This document shows, piece after piece, positions 42,419 to 50,442 of a stretch of DNA of 64,000 nucleotides (its first letter is position 1; each line of letters starts with the position of its first letter). The translations under genes and the position numbers were made by a program. The DNA lies in the NCBI GenBank assembly GCA_044229355.1, contig JBGATF010000012.1, forward strand, positions 13,522-77,521. Reading direction: 5' to 3'. The DNA comes from Limisphaerales bacterium. Lineage in GTDB: Bacteria; Verrucomicrobiota; Verrucomicrobiia; Limisphaerales; JADJPG01. A model generated the notes under the pieces. That model was not told the DNA's origin. It did no database searches and saw nothing but the letters and a program-made list of their open reading frames with translations.

Positions 42419-43117
42419 CTAGATGTCGGCCGCGTCCGGCGGGGAGTCCGTCCGGGGGCTGGCTGGCGGGGTTAGGGGCTCGTTGGCGGCCGTCAAGCGC
42501 TCGGCAGGGACCTCCGAGGTTGCGGGCGCGTCGGCCTTGACAGGCTTTGCGGGGGCTTTGGCGCGTTGGTTGCGCGGGAGCGGACTGAGGATGACGTGCA
42601 GGTCGCGGTCGCCGGCCATTTTCGGCGCGCTGTCGGCTTTGCCGAAGGCCGCGGCGGCTTCGATGAATCGGTTGACGACCTGAAACCCGAACTCCTTGTG
42701 GGCGCGTTGCCGGCCCCGGAAGCGCAGCTTGATCCGCACTTTGAGGTCTTCGCTGAGAAATTCGATCGCGTGATTGAGCTTGGTCCGGAAATCGTGCTCG
42801 TCGATGTTCGCGGAAAGCTGCAGCTCCTTCATCTGCGTGGACGGCTGCCGGGCCGCCGAGTCCTTCTTTCGCTTGGCCTCCTCGTATTGAAACTTCCCGT
42901 ACTCGATGATGCGGCAGACCGGCGGCGTGGCCGTCGGCGCGATTTCGACCAGGTCCAACCCCCGGGTTTGCGCCAGGCGCAGCGCGTCGGCCAGGGTCAT
43001 CACGCCCAGCGACTGCTTCGTTTCGTCGACGACCCGCACTTCCCGCGCACGGATCTTGCCGTTGCGACGATGCAGAGGTTCACGGGAAGGATAGGGACGA
43101 AACGGGAATCGGCTCAT
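42419..43117 (-). CDS. infC: Translation initiation factor IF-3 with a ~55-aa low-complexity C-terminal tail
   Basis: KIRAREVRVVDETKQSLGVMTLADALRLAQTRGLDLVEIAPTATPPVCRIIEYGKFQYEEAKRKK ... KELQLSANIDEHDFRTKLNHAIEFLSEDLKVRIKLRFRGRQRAHKEFG is a canonical IF-3 sequence. ATG at 43117. The Pro/Ala-rich tail follows the C-domain. Confidence 0.95.
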   Translation of the reverse strand: MSRFPFRPYPSREPLHRRNGKIRAREVRVVDETKQSLGVMTLADALRLAQTRGLDLVEIAPTATPPVCRIIEYGKFQYEEAKRKKDSAARQPSTQMKELQLSANIDEHDFRTKLNHAIEFLSEDLKVRIKLRFRGRQRAHKEFGFQVVNRFIEAAAAFGKADSAPKMAGDRDLHVILSPLPRNQRAKAPAKPVKADAPATSEVPAERLTAANEPLTPPASPRTDSPPDAADI

Positions 43118-43328
43118 GCTTGCGATTGGTTTTGTTATGGAAACAGCAACGGTCTGTTTTGATTAATGGTTCGTCACCCCCGCGCTTTCGCGCGGCGCAT
43201 CAATTTGGAATCAACCCGAACAAGGAAGGTAACGCTCCGCCGCGCCGCCCAGAAAGTCTGGTGGATTGCTGCGGAGACTGTCGCCCCCGCTCCGCTCTGA
43301 GGCAATGCAATTTCATAACTATGTTCAA

Positions 43329-43357
43329 GGCGGCCCCGCGCGCCGCGGGTCGCCGCC
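43329..43357 (-). terminator. GC-rich imperfect hairpin about 20 nt after the stop of the M36 giant gene
   Basis: Minus-strand reading GGCGGCGACCCGCG-gcg-CGCGGGGCCGCC followed by TTGAACATAGTTATGAAATT (relatively A/T-rich). One bulge. Position fits a terminator. Confidence 0.35.
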
Positions 43358-43377
43358 CCTCCCCCGCTGGCGTCGCT

Positions 43378-46300
43378 TTACGGTGCCTGCAAACGGAAAT
43401 ATCGCTGGCCTTCCCCCGGGTTCACGAGCACGCGGAACACCCCGCCGACCTGCTCCACGGGCAAATTGAGGGGAGACCAGTTCACTGGCAACGACAGCTC
43501 GGCTGCGCTCTCCACATGATAGCCGACGGCCGTGTCGGGCCAGGTCAATTCCACCAGATTCGTGGCCACGCTGCGAATGCTCAGCGCCGTCGGGGTCAGA
43601 ATTGTGACCTGGACGGGGCTCGACGCCTGCGTAGCGCCCAGATTGTCCGTGGCCACCGCCGTCAGGGTGTGCACGCCCGGCGGCGGGCTGCTCCACGTGA
43701 CCTGATAGGGCGGCGACAGAACGCTGCCCAGGGAAGTGCCGCCGTCGAAAAGCTCAACCTTGGCCACCGCCCCATAGGCGTCCGTGGCGGTCGCAGCGAC
43801 AGTCAGGCTGGACGGCTCGAAATACTGGGCGTGCTCCAGCGGAGCGGTCACCGCCACCGCCGGGCGCAAATTGCCCGCCCCAATCAGCTCCAAGTCGAAA
43901 CTCATGTCGGCGTTGTTTGCGCTGAACTGATGCACCTCGGCCGCAATGACGTTGTCGCCCGGGTTGATCAGGGGCAGGACCACATGGCTGGCCAGGGGAA
44001 CGACCAGCCATCGGTTTTCCTCCACGCCCGTCACACTGACGGTGGCCAGCGTGTTGGATAGGACCGGCCCCGCCGGCAGGTTGTTCCGGTAGATCTCCGT
44101 CCCGTTCAGGTAGACCGCCAAGCCATCGTCCCGCAGCACCCTAAGGGTCAGGCTCGTGAGGCTGGCCGGCGGGACAAAGTGCCGGCGAAACCACGTCGTG
44201 ATGTGCCGGTTGATAAAGCTGCGCCCATCATTAACCACGGTCACCTCGTCGCCGTCGCCGTATCCGAGCTGGGCTGCGCCGCGCTTCCAGCCCGCGGTCC
44301 GCGACTCTTCATAGCCAACGCCGGCCCAGCGCGACCCCGGATAGATCCCGTTGTCGAGGTAGCTCCAGACGCCACCCGCCGGGATCAATGTGGCAAAACT
44401 CTGGCCCACCGCCGGCGCCACCAACAGATGCACCGGCGCCGACGTGGCGGTCAGACCGCCCCCATCGGTCACCACCGCCGTGAGCCAGTGCTCACCAGGC
44501 GGTGGATTGGTCCACGTGTAGGCATAAGGCGACGTGGGACTCAGCCCCAACGTCACTCCGTCCGCCACGAACTCCACCTTGGCCGGGCTGATGGGATTGC
44601 CCAACACATCCGTGTCGCCGGCCTTGGCCGTCAGCGTCACGTTCGTGGGGAGGCTGGCCACGCTGAAATCGGACGGCGCGGTCAGGGCCACCTCCGGAAG
44701 GTGATTGGCCCCGTCGAAAACCGCCCGCAGCTCGAAGGCGAAGCCCAGATCGGGACTCGGCAACAAGCCGTGCCGCTGGTGGATCTCCACCGCGATGACA
44801 TTCTGGCCCGTTACCAGCAACGACGGGTTGAACGTGTTGGTGATCCATTGCTTCTCCTCGGGATCGTTCAGCACGGTCTGCGCCTGCGTCGCCGAATCGA
44901 AACGCGCCGGCAGGTTGTCGAGCCACACCTGCGTGCCGTTCAGGTAGACGGCCGCCCCGTCGTCCCGGATGAGCCGCGCGATCAAGCCGCTGACCGCTTC
45001 GGGATGACTCAGCGTAAACGGCCGGCGGAACCAATAGGTGACGATGTTGGTGGAGCCCGACCCGATCACCGTGTTTTCGCCGTCGCCCCCGAAGCCGAGC
45101 TTGGCCGGCCCGCTTGGCCAGGCGCTGTCATTGTAACCGAGATCGTTCCAGACCGCTCCCGCATAAACGCCCGTGTTGAGATAACGCCACGAGCTGTTGC
45201 TGGCGATGAGCGTGACCAGGAGCTGGCTGCCCCGCGTGCTGAATTGCCAGACCGGCCCCGCGTTGGTGGCCGTGTTCCTCCGGGACTTCAATTGCCAGTA
45301 ATAGGTGGTGTCCGGCCACAGCTTCGGCAGCGCCCAGGTCGAGTTCGACGTGGTGCCCTGGAATTCCGCCAGGGCCGGCGCCGGATTTGCGCCGAAATAA
45401 ACGTCGTAAAACGTCGCGGCCACCGATTGGCACATCAGGTGGACCTCATCGAGACGGACATTCAAGTAGCCGCCATGGTCCTGTTCGACGAACGCCACCC
45501 GCACGGCCTGCCCACGCCACGGCCGCAAGTCGGCGGAGCGGCTCGTCGTCCCGCCGAACGGTGGATCGTTGGTGGTCGTGCTGAAGAGCGTTGCGAGGAC
45601 GGCGTCATTGGTATCCCGAAGCTCGACCCGGAACCCCTGCCCGGCCACCCACGGGCCGTGGCTCCGAATCTGATCGATCCAGCTCAGCGTGACATTGGTG
45701 GCGCCATCGGGAATCGACGCCTGCTGCCACAACGTGACCGTGCCGGGCCCGGTCTGGTCCGACAACGCGCTGAAGCTTCCCGCCAGCGGAGGCTGCGACC
45801 CGTCCGGCGATTGCGGATCATAGGATCCTCCGTCGACCACGAACGCCCCGGCGCCTGTGCCCTCCAAGGTCCACCCGGTGAAATCGCCCGTTTCGAAGCC
45901 GCCATTGACCAGCAGATCGCCCTGCACCCGGCCCCAGCCGAGATCCGCATCGAGGTCAACCTCCGTCGCCAGATGCGGCGGGGACGGCTGGCCCGGCTCC
46001 GGCGGGCCGTCGTTATCAAAGACGAACACAAGATTCGTGGCCGGCCTGAAGCCGCCGGCGATGGCGCGCAACTGCACGCCCACCAGCCCGTCGATGATCG
46101 CGTCATCCTGCAGGAACAGCGGAAACACCACGTTGGTGCTGCCCGCGGGAATGAACCCGCCGAACAGCGGCGTGCGGATCTCCGATTCGTCGTCGCTGAT
46201 CAGCGCGACCGGAAGATTGGTCGACAGCACGCCGGAGATCTGCACGGTGGTCCCGTTGGTCACGGTCCCGGCCCCTTCGCTTTGGAAGAGGAAGGTGAAC

Positions 46301-49300
46301 ATGGTCAGGTTCGTGGTCTCGTTGTCGAGCACCGTGATGGTGTCGCTGCCCGCGGTCCAGTTGCGCACGCTGGCCGTGACGGTCGCGGTCTGGGAGCCTT
46401 CAATCCGGTTGTTGTCCGGGGCGAAAATTGGAAAGAGCGCCGTCGTTTGACCGGCTTCCACGAACACCACCGGCGGAACCGTGAGAATGTTTGGCGAACT
46501 CGACTCGAGTTGGAGGCCGACGAGGCTCGCCGGAGCCGCGTTGAGGGACACCGAGCCGAAGGCCAGCAAGCCTCCTTCGGTGCGGCTGGGCGGCAGCGAC
46601 ACGCTGATCACCGCGGTCTCATTGTCATGCACGGCCACCGCGCCGCTCGCCGACGTGTAGCCCACGCGGGAGGCCGTGATGAAGGCGACCTGCGTGCCGT
46701 CCCGCGCCGAGTCGTTCCCCGCCGAGACCGGGAAGTCCACCGACGTGCGGCCGGCCGGAATGGTCACCGTGGCGGGCACGAGCGCCTCGCTGGAATCGCT
46801 CGAAGTCAGGTTGATGACGAGATCCACCAGCGTGGGCCGGCCCACGATGCTGACGGTGCCGCGGGGTGAAATCAGGCTCCCCTCCGTGACGCTGGCCGGC
46901 AGGGCCAGGACCAGCTGCGGCGCGGTGCACGAGGGAGACGCGCTGAGGTCCGTCTCCGCAAACAACGGTGGCGTGCCGTGACCGGAGGAAAGGCCGCAGA
47001 TGCCACCGACCGTGGTGTGCTCGAGAAAGGTCAGGCGGATGCGCCCGTCAAAGTAGAGCTGCAACTGAAAATTGGCCACCCCGCCTCCGACAGATTTCTT
47101 AAAATCTTCCCACGTCACCACCATCTGGTCGGCCAGTTGTTTCCAGGAGACACGTCCGGTGGCCGAGCTGTAGCCGTCGCGGCACCCGGCGATTCGGGGC
47201 ACGGAGAAATGCGCCGGGATGCTGAAAAACTCCGCCAACGTCGAGGTCCCGGCTCCGGGCACGACCGAGCCGTCCCGCCGCACCTCGAACTCGTCGTAGG
47301 GCAGTCCAAAGAACGGGAAATTCGCTCCATTGGTCAGGGCCACGACCACGCCGGACACGTTGGTGAACCCGAGCGTCTGCGCCGAAGCGGGGTCGACCGG
47401 GAAAGCGGCCGGCGATGGGATCACGCGACAGACGTCATAGTTCGTGCCGGATTCATCCGGCAGAAACCAGAACGAGCGATTGGCCAAATCATTGCCATCG
47501 CCCGGCAAACTCGAAAACCGCTCCGCCGGCTCCTGGTGCACGCCCAGCAGCAAACTGAAGACTCGGCGGAACACCTCGCCGCTGGTTTGGTTCGTGACGA
47601 AAACCGAGTAGGAGTAGCCGCCTTGGGGCAGGACGCCGGCCGCGGCACCGTTGATCGTCACGGTCAGGGACTGGGCGGCGTGCGCGGCCAGCGTGCCGCT
47701 CGCCGTGCTCACTTCCAGCGGCGGCTCGGCCCGCGCCCGCCAGATCAACGCGCTCGGGCTGTCGTTGGTCAGCGTAAATGTCCTCGACGTCGGCGCGAAC
47801 GGCCCCCCGACCGGCCCCGTAACGACGGTGTCATCGGCCGGCAAAACGTTCAGGCTGTCGAGGGAATCAAAGCTCTCGACGATATCGGCGATGTTGGTGC
47901 TGGCCCCGGCCACAGCCAGCGCGCCAAGCCCGCGCTTGGCAAAGGCCGCCCAGATCTCCTTCTTGTTCGCCCCGCCGGTCAACGCCAGATCGGCAATGAC
48001 GATCGCGTTGCGCGCCGTCGTGAAGTTGGGATTGTTGACCGAGTATTTCAGGCCATCCGTCACCAGTTGGAGCGACAGCTGGTTGCCCGTCGCGAACCCG
48101 TGTTTCTCGATCAATCGCGCCCGCATTTCCCAAAGCATCGAGCACCAGACCTCGCCCTGCATGTGCACCTCGTGTGCCGGGAACCCCACCAGGGACGGGT
48201 TGATTGGAATGCCGACATGCGGGTCGGCCTGCTCCGGGTCAATGTCCTTGAACGTGAGCGGATTTTTGGTCAGGTCCGTCGTGTAGGGATATCGCCGGAT
48301 GCCGGAGTAATAGTTGGCCTGGTAATCCGTGCCCCACACGCGATAGGACGCATACGCGCCCTTGGCGTAGTTTCCGTTCAAGTTGTCGGTCGACGCACTG
48401 GTCAGGGCGAGCGCGTAGAAGTCCGACCACCCCTCCCCCATTCCCTTGCTCTGGAGCGACGACATGCCCGTCCCGTCGCCGATCAGCCGGTTGCTCAACC
48501 CATGGCAGTATTCATGGACGATGATCTCCGCATCGAGCGCGGATTCCCGATCCGGATTGGGCCCGGTGAACACGCCCAGATTCAAACTCGGGTTGCCTCC
48601 TTCGTCATACGTCGTCATGCCCGCGTTGTCCTCGGACCCCGGGTCATTCACGGTCACGGTGACCGAGTCGTCGCCCAGCCCGCCACGGTTGAAGTTGGTG
48701 TCTTGAAAATTGCGGTTGGCCTCGTCAAAGCCCAGCGCGTAAAGCCGGTCATGGGCAAAGTTCACCCAGTAAAAGGCATTTGCCGTCACCGCCTCGGGCC
48801 GGTCATCCGGCGTCATCGTTAGATCGAGCGGAAAATCAAACACCCGGCTCGGGCTCCCGTGCACCATCGTTCCGCTCCACGAGTTTTCACTGACTTTTCG
48901 CATGTAATAGGCATGAGCATTGTTCCCCTTCAGTTCGTTCAGCCCGACATCCACCCAGCCGTTGGGTGAAGCCACTGCGCTCAACGAGGTCATTGCCAGC
49001 AGCGTGCGCACCACCGCCGGCGGCTGGTTCGTGACCGGGTTGGAGAAACCCGGGGACATGGGCGTCGGCGACTCCGTGGTGTAAACCCGGTACGTCGCCG
49101 GCGCAGAATCGTGGTCCGTTAAATTTCGCCGAGAAATCAACTCGCCGGTCGAAGCGTCGACAAAAAATTCATAGCCCACACTCCGCGAGGGCTCGCTCCA
49201 CCACACCCGCCAGCACAGGCGCAGGGTCTGTGCATCCAGCGGCAGCCAGGCCAGCGCAAGACGCGCCGGCCGCCGCCAGCCCGGGCCCGACAATTTCTGC

Positions 49301-50055
49301 ACCCGCTCACCACCCTCAGGCGGAGCCACGACCGTCAGCGTTGCTTCGTCCAGCACCACGGACAGACTCCGGGCCGCGATCCCCAGCGCCCGGGCCGGCG
49401 CCACCGGCAGATCCGCCCCACCCGCAACCAGCGCGCGCTGGGCCGCGTCCACCCCCGTCTCCGGGCTCGCCAGCATGTCGCTCCCCACCGTCACCAACTC
49501 GCCGCGCCGGCTCAGATGCGCGTTGAGCGTGGCGCCATGGATCCGAATCCCTCCAACTTCCTGCTGCCATGTCGAGCTGCGCACACCGCTGTTGGTCGAG
49601 GTGGCGTCACGCGTCAGCCGCGCGCCGGCCAGCACGCGATGATCATGCCCGAACACGGCGGCGTGCTCGCTTAGAAATGCCTTCACCACCCGATGCGGGT
49701 CGTCCGGACGAATCCCCGACACGGCCAGACCCGCCGCCCCGCCTGCCGCCGGCAGGCCCCCACCGCGGCCATCCGGGCCCGTGAGAAATCCATCCACCGT
49801 TCCAATCCAATGCGCCCCCCCGGTGATTCGACCGCGCTCGACCTGCACCCTCGGCAAGACGGCTCGCAGCCGGCCTTCGGCCTCCGGCCGTCCCGGCGCG
49901 GCCAGCCGCGTGCCCGGCCGTCGGTCGAAATCTGCGGTGCGGGAATCTCCGCCGGCTAAATCCGCGCCGCGCACAGCTATCAGCCCGGCAGCCAAGCCGA
50001 CGCCGATCAAAATCCCCCGCGGCCACACCCGCCGTAAACGAACCGTGATGGACAT
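43378..50055 (-). CDS. Giant secreted protein (2225 aa) with FTP propeptide + M36 fungalysin metalloprotease domain, three Calx-beta-like modules, two jelly-roll modules, Ig-like domains and C-terminal [FY]R[LV] module
   Basis: Signal MSITVRLRRVWPRGILIGVGLAAGLIAVRGA. M36 signature IIVHEYCHGLSNRLIGDG...SKGMGEGWSDFYA (HEYCH encoded at 48502-48516), nearly the fungal HEYTHGLSNRL / GMGEGWSD consensus. Repeated ...SSD..E...P..V.IPAG.....FP......D....G modules ending HDNE/LDNE/FDND. Two W.Y...G.Y.G..W...GY......W..G.A.LG[FY]G.....TYWFRR.F......L..R..RDDG.AVYLNG modules. Ends GQRYFRLQAP. Confidence 0.9.
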   Translation of the reverse strand: MSITVRLRRVWPRGILIGVGLAAGLIAVRGADLAGGDSRTADFDRRPGTRLAAPGRPEAEGRLRAVLPRVQVERGRITGGAHWIGTVDGFLTGPDGRGGGLPAAGGAAGLAVSGIRPDDPHRVVKAFLSEHAAVFGHDHRVLAGARLTRDATSTNSGVRSSTWQQEVGGIRIHGATLNAHLSRRGELVTVGSDMLASPETGVDAAQRALVAGGADLPVAPARALGIAARSLSVVLDEATLTVVAPPEGGERVQKLSGPGWRRPARLALAWLPLDAQTLRLCWRVWWSEPSRSVGYEFFVDASTGELISRRNLTDHDSAPATYRVYTTESPTPMSPGFSNPVTNQPPAVVRTLLAMTSLSAVASPNGWVDVGLNELKGNNAHAYYMRKVSENSWSGTMVHGSPSRVFDFPLDLTMTPDDRPEAVTANAFYWVNFAHDRLYALGFDEANRNFQDTNFNRGGLGDDSVTVTVNDPGSEDNAGMTTYDEGGNPSLNLGVFTGPNPDRESALDAEIIVHEYCHGLSNRLIGDGTGMSSLQSKGMGEGWSDFYALALTSASTDNLNGNYAKGAYASYRVWGTDYQANYYSGIRRYPYTTDLTKNPLTFKDIDPEQADPHVGIPINPSLVGFPAHEVHMQGEVWCSMLWEMRARLIEKHGFATGNQLSLQLVTDGLKYSVNNPNFTTARNAIVIADLALTGGANKKEIWAAFAKRGLGALAVAGASTNIADIVESFDSLDSLNVLPADDTVVTGPVGGPFAPTSRTFTLTNDSPSALIWRARAEPPLEVSTASGTLAAHAAQSLTVTINGAAAGVLPQGGYSYSVFVTNQTSGEVFRRVFSLLLGVHQEPAERFSSLPGDGNDLANRSFWFLPDESGTNYDVCRVIPSPAAFPVDPASAQTLGFTNVSGVVVALTNGANFPFFGLPYDEFEVRRDGSVVPGAGTSTLAEFFSIPAHFSVPRIAGCRDGYSSATGRVSWKQLADQMVVTWEDFKKSVGGGVANFQLQLYFDGRIRLTFLEHTTVGGICGLSSGHGTPPLFAETDLSASPSCTAPQLVLALPASVTEGSLISPRGTVSIVGRPTLVDLVINLTSSDSSEALVPATVTIPAGRTSVDFPVSAGNDSARDGTQVAFITASRVGYTSASGAVAVHDNETAVISVSLPPSRTEGGLLAFGSVSLNAAPASLVGLQLESSSPNILTVPPVVFVEAGQTTALFPIFAPDNNRIEGSQTATVTASVRNWTAGSDTITVLDNETTNLTMFTFLFQSEGAGTVTNGTTVQISGVLSTNLPVALISDDESEIRTPLFGGFIPAGSTNVVFPLFLQDDAIIDGLVGVQLRAIAGGFRPATNLVFVFDNDGPPEPGQPSPPHLATEVDLDADLGWGRVQGDLLVNGGFETGDFTGWTLEGTGAGAFVVDGGSYDPQSPDGSQPPLAGSFSALSDQTGPGTVTLWQQASIPDGATNVTLSWIDQIRSHGPWVAGQGFRVELRDTNDAVLATLFSTTTNDPPFGGTTSRSADLRPWRGQAVRVAFVEQDHGGYLNVRLDEVHLMCQSVAATFYDVYFGANPAPALAEFQGTTSNSTWALPKLWPDTTYYWQLKSRRNTATNAGPVWQFSTRGSQLLVTLIASNSSWRYLNTGVYAGAVWNDLGYNDSAWPSGPAKLGFGGDGENTVIGSGSTNIVTYWFRRPFTLSHPEAVSGLIARLIRDDGAAVYLNGTQVWLDNLPARFDSATQAQTVLNDPEEKQWITNTFNPSLLVTGQNVIAVEIHQRHGLLPSPDLGFAFELRAVFDGANHLPEVALTAPSDFSVASLPTNVTLTAKAGDTDVLGNPISPAKVEFVADGVTLGLSPTSPYAYTWTNPPPGEHWLTAVVTDGGGLTATSAPVHLLVAPAVGQSFATLIPAGGVWSYLDNGIYPGSRWAGVGYEESRTAGWKRGAAQLGYGDGDEVTVVNDGRSFINRHITTWFRRHFVPPASLTSLTLRVLRDDGLAVYLNGTEIYRNNLPAGPVLSNTLATVSVTGVEENRWLVVPLASHVVLPLINPGDNVIAAEVHQFSANNADMSFDLELIGAGNLRPAVAVTAPLEHAQYFEPSSLTVAATATDAYGAVAKVELFDGGTSLGSVLSPPYQVTWSSPPPGVHTLTAVATDNLGATQASSPVQVTILTPTALSIRSVATNLVELTWPDTAVGYHVESAAELSLPVNWSPLNLPVEQVGGVFRVLVNPGEGQRYFRLQAP

Positions 50056-50442
50056 AGAAATATTTTTTGAGGCCAGCGCCCCGGACGGGCCACCGGCTGA
50101 CGTTCAACTGGTCTCAAGCTCCTTCTCAAGACAACCGCGCACCCGGGCCGACACCCGCCAGCCACTGGTTAGTTCAATCGACCATTCCTAACAGCTCTGA
50201 AGGCCCCTGGCCAGCCTGCGCACGACCAGGGACGCCCTCGCGCACGCGGCTCGAGTGCCATTTCAGGATCTTAAGAAATCAGCCGCCGGGTATTACACCA
50301 AAGATCGTCCTAACCACTTATTTTTTTGCGCGTGTAACGCGTCCCCGAGGCAAGCGTCAGCGGTGTCCGTAGGCCTGCCGGCCCCACGGCCCGGCGTCCC
50401 ACGAAAACCACGAAACTAACCAGACGGATCTCAATACTGTTT

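Noticed and set aside
44179-48822. Plus-strand ORFs 44179..46869 (896 aa) and 46978..48822 (614 aa)
   Set aside because: They are antisense to the M36 giant, whose active-site motif and domain repeats establish the minus strand as coding.
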